Origin: Callorhinchus milii
Taxonomy: Eukaryota
Assembly: GCF_018977255.1 (NCBI RefSeq)
Contig: NW_024704742.1
Location: 55,616,001 to 55,680,000, forward strand
Direction: 5' to 3'
DNA: 64,000 nt
The notes under the pieces: model-generated
What the model was told of the DNA's origin: nothing
Databases searched by the model: none
Seen by the model: the letters and a program-made list of their open reading frames with translations, nothing else
In this document: positions 61,446 to 64,000 of the stretch, one piece after another
Numbering within the stretch: position 1 is the first letter of the stretch
How the letters are laid out: each line of letters begins with the position of its first letter
Position numbers and translations under genes: made by a program

Positions 61446-62764
61446 TGGAATGCACAGCAGTGGGAAAGCATGTGTATTATGGACCTTGGGAGAAAACAAC
61501 ATATTAGTGGTAAGTGACTGCAGGCCAGAAGCCAGAGCAAGTAGAAATGTCACTCTGCTGAAGTTGTGTTGAAGGTGAGGTTAATACAGTGCAGCAGAAT
61601 CAATATTCTGTATCCAACCTACGATGTACCTATTTTGCAACACTGAGGATACTCGGTAAAAAATATAGATCTCTCAACTTGGTGAAGAGACAGTCACCCA
61701 AATGTGAACAGAACAGTAAATACTTTACATGAAACAATTATTACAAACACCACAGCAGAGATTAATTCCTTAAGCTATTCGTTTGTTAAACAGATGTAGT
61801 TTGTTTTTTGTTATGTGTTAAATCTCTGGGGGGAGGGAGCAGAAATTCTAACTGTGACTAGACTTTTTCTTAGGATTTTATAGCGTGCAAATTTTGGCCA
61901 ATTCCGTAATTCAGGTTTTTGTTATCCTTAAAAGAAATTGTGGGTATAAATTTCACTTGAGTTTAAATTTACTCCATTAACATAGCATTTCATAACATGC
62001 AGTGTTTGGCAAATTTTTGAATTCAGTCTTGTCTTTGAAATTGTCTTTCTACAGTTCTTAAAATAATTTACAGTGTACTCTGAAATTCCCATATGCTCTG
62101 AAATGCTTTGTTGTTAGAGTAAATCTAGACCCAAGTGCAGTTTTTACCCCTTTGGTATACAGTACATTATTATTTATGAAATTAAAGACTTGTCTGACAC
62201 AGAACATTCCTTGATCTTTAGGTTGAAATCACAGTTTGGCTGCATATCTGCATGTTTTCCGGAGTAACTTTAATGCAATGCACATTTATGTTGTGCTTTC
62301 ATGTCGGAGGCAGTCTCAAAGTGCTTGACAATGCTGGTTTGGCACCCGAGCTGGGGTTGGGAGTCGAAGAGAGTGGGGAGGGAATAGACGACTAAAAGCT
62401 CAGTCAAAGAGGTATGTTTTGAGATGGCCTTAATATGTCAGTATCCCTTTTCAGTTTTTGTCGAGATCGGCTAAGCTGGAAAGAAAACAGAATTCACCGG
62501 AATTGTTGCAGGTCCAAGGAACAGTTCTCCCATTGGTTGACTGATCTGATAATGTCACTTGTGCTAATTGATGAGTCAATTGGTGTTACCACAATTATGT
62601 AATATTTTATTTTTGCTCATGAAATGTCAATATAGAGAAGTGTAAAACGTACATTAATGTCTGATGAAAAAATGTCAAAAAGAACTGACATCTGCAACTC
62701 TGCCTCATAAAATACAAGCCTCTGGTGATCTTCTGCTCAGAAAAATTCTAATGCACGGATGTTC

Positions 62765-62900
62765 ATATAGATTGCAAAATGAAGAGCAGGCTCTGGAGGT
62801 AGAAGGTCGTGCAAGGAGGCACAGGGCATATGCAGAGGTTGGGAGACTTCCTCACAGGGAGGAAGTGAGATGGAAAGAGAACAAACGGTGTCAGTTCTTT
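62765..62900 (+). mobile_element. Possible Harbinger Myb/SANT-like ORF remnant
   Basis: RLQNEEQALEVEGRARRHRAYAEVGRLPHREEVRWKE loosely follows the RFS..E...LV..V..R...L....GR.P....W.E pattern. Confidence 0.4.
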
Positions 62901-62994
62901 AGGCACTTTTTTAGTAAACAGTTCCAGAACAGCCCTGAGGAGAGGAACGGAATCGGACTGGGAGTCCACATGAGGGAAGGATGCATACTTTTTT

Positions 62995-63470
62995 TGTCAG
63001 CTGGGTGTCTGACACATGAGGAAAACCCATCACTGTGCTGCTTAACCAAGCTGAGATTTCCATGCATCCCACCTACATATGGAAATTCCAGAGATAGATT
63101 ATTGTAATGGAATCCGCTCTCTCTCCCTGGAGGGATCCATCCTGCTTACCTAATTGCGGAAACTATTAGGCGCAGGTTGGCAAGAGCCAAGGCTTTGGCA
63201 CCCCAGAGTGTGCTTTGGGATACTCTTGGAGTCTAACAACTAAAACTGCATAACTGGCTGTTGATAGCACTCGCTGGCAAGCTTTCTTGCTGCTTGTCCA
63301 GCTGGGGCCACCCTATCCCTTTACGGCTTTGGCTTGCAGGGTTAACAGGAACTGAGTGGGAGGATTCCCTGCCCCCATGGACTGGTTTGCCTTTTCAAGT
63401 CCTGTCGATAAGCCAGGCTTGCTGTGCTGTCATCAGTAGTGCCCTGGAATATTGCAGACCCACCTGCCTC
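62995..63470 (-). repeat. Repeat family X, ~475 bp copy
   Basis: Colinear with the reverse of 26000-26566; shares its terminus with the other copies. Confidence 0.82.
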
Positions 63471-64000
63471 AGAAGGAAAAATCTCATAAAATAACAGGAG
63501 GTGAAGAAGCCTTTTCAACCATCTTTCCAGAACATAAACCTGAGCATTTTTGCATTAAAATGTCAAGCTGTTTCTTTTACTGGGCATTTTCCAAACAAAG
63601 TTGAACTCATCTAATTTAGATGTTTATTTTTGCAGATGCATTGATTCAATGGTTGCCTTTATTATCTTTCCTTATTTTTAGAATTATTTTCGTGAACACT
63701 CAAATGATTTTTGTTTTGATTTCCTCACCTCGTGAGGAACTCCCACAAACCTTGCTGATATATTCTGTCTGCCCACCAACATGCATAACCTCCTCCTCCT
63801 CCTGCTTGACTCCACTGGCAAAATTGATATCTCCGAGATACAGCAGCAGAAAATAAATAAGATTAAGTGACTATTTGTTCTATTTGATGTTGAAATTTAG
63901 AAATAAAAGCCCCATAGCAGATTGTCAATACTTCCTTAGTACTACTGTATTACCAACCGCCAAAATGATCCAAATACAGATGATTTGTGCTGAATAATCA

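Noticed and set aside
62664..63107. 147 aa ORF as a host gene
   Set aside because: It runs from unique DNA through a possible Myb remnant into repeat family X, with no splice or homology support.
1..64000. CRISPR arrays, operons, rRNA or prokaryotic defence systems
   Set aside because: No regularly spaced repeat-spacer array or gene-dense region; the sequence is vertebrate retroposon-rich DNA.

Overview
Repeat-dense, apparently non-coding vertebrate DNA (large intron or intergenic). The repeat repertoire points to a cartilaginous fish, most likely a holocephalan (chimaera/elephant-shark type); this is inference from recalled consensus sequences, not a search. I find no supportable intact protein-coding gene: the longer ORFs are broken L2 LINE fragments, SINE read-throughs or chance. 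Main contents: (1) many L2 fragments with (TTG)n tails, the longest ~2.8 kb and covering endonuclease plus RT; (2) a young tRNA-Ala-headed SINE with an L2-like tail and (ATT)n end, in short and long forms; (3) older Deu-domain SINEs; (4) CR1 3' ends; (5) degraded Harbinger-like nuclease and Myb/SANT remnants. The most interesting observation is a ~700 bp repeat family I cannot name, with six copies. Five share one hairpin end (A-rich in three) and are variably truncated at the other end; one copy has a partial hammerhead-like motif. Also notable are a 176 bp near-perfect local duplication, two CpG-rich segments and two weak exon candidates. No convincing new biological system is evident. Coordinates of old repeats are approximate.
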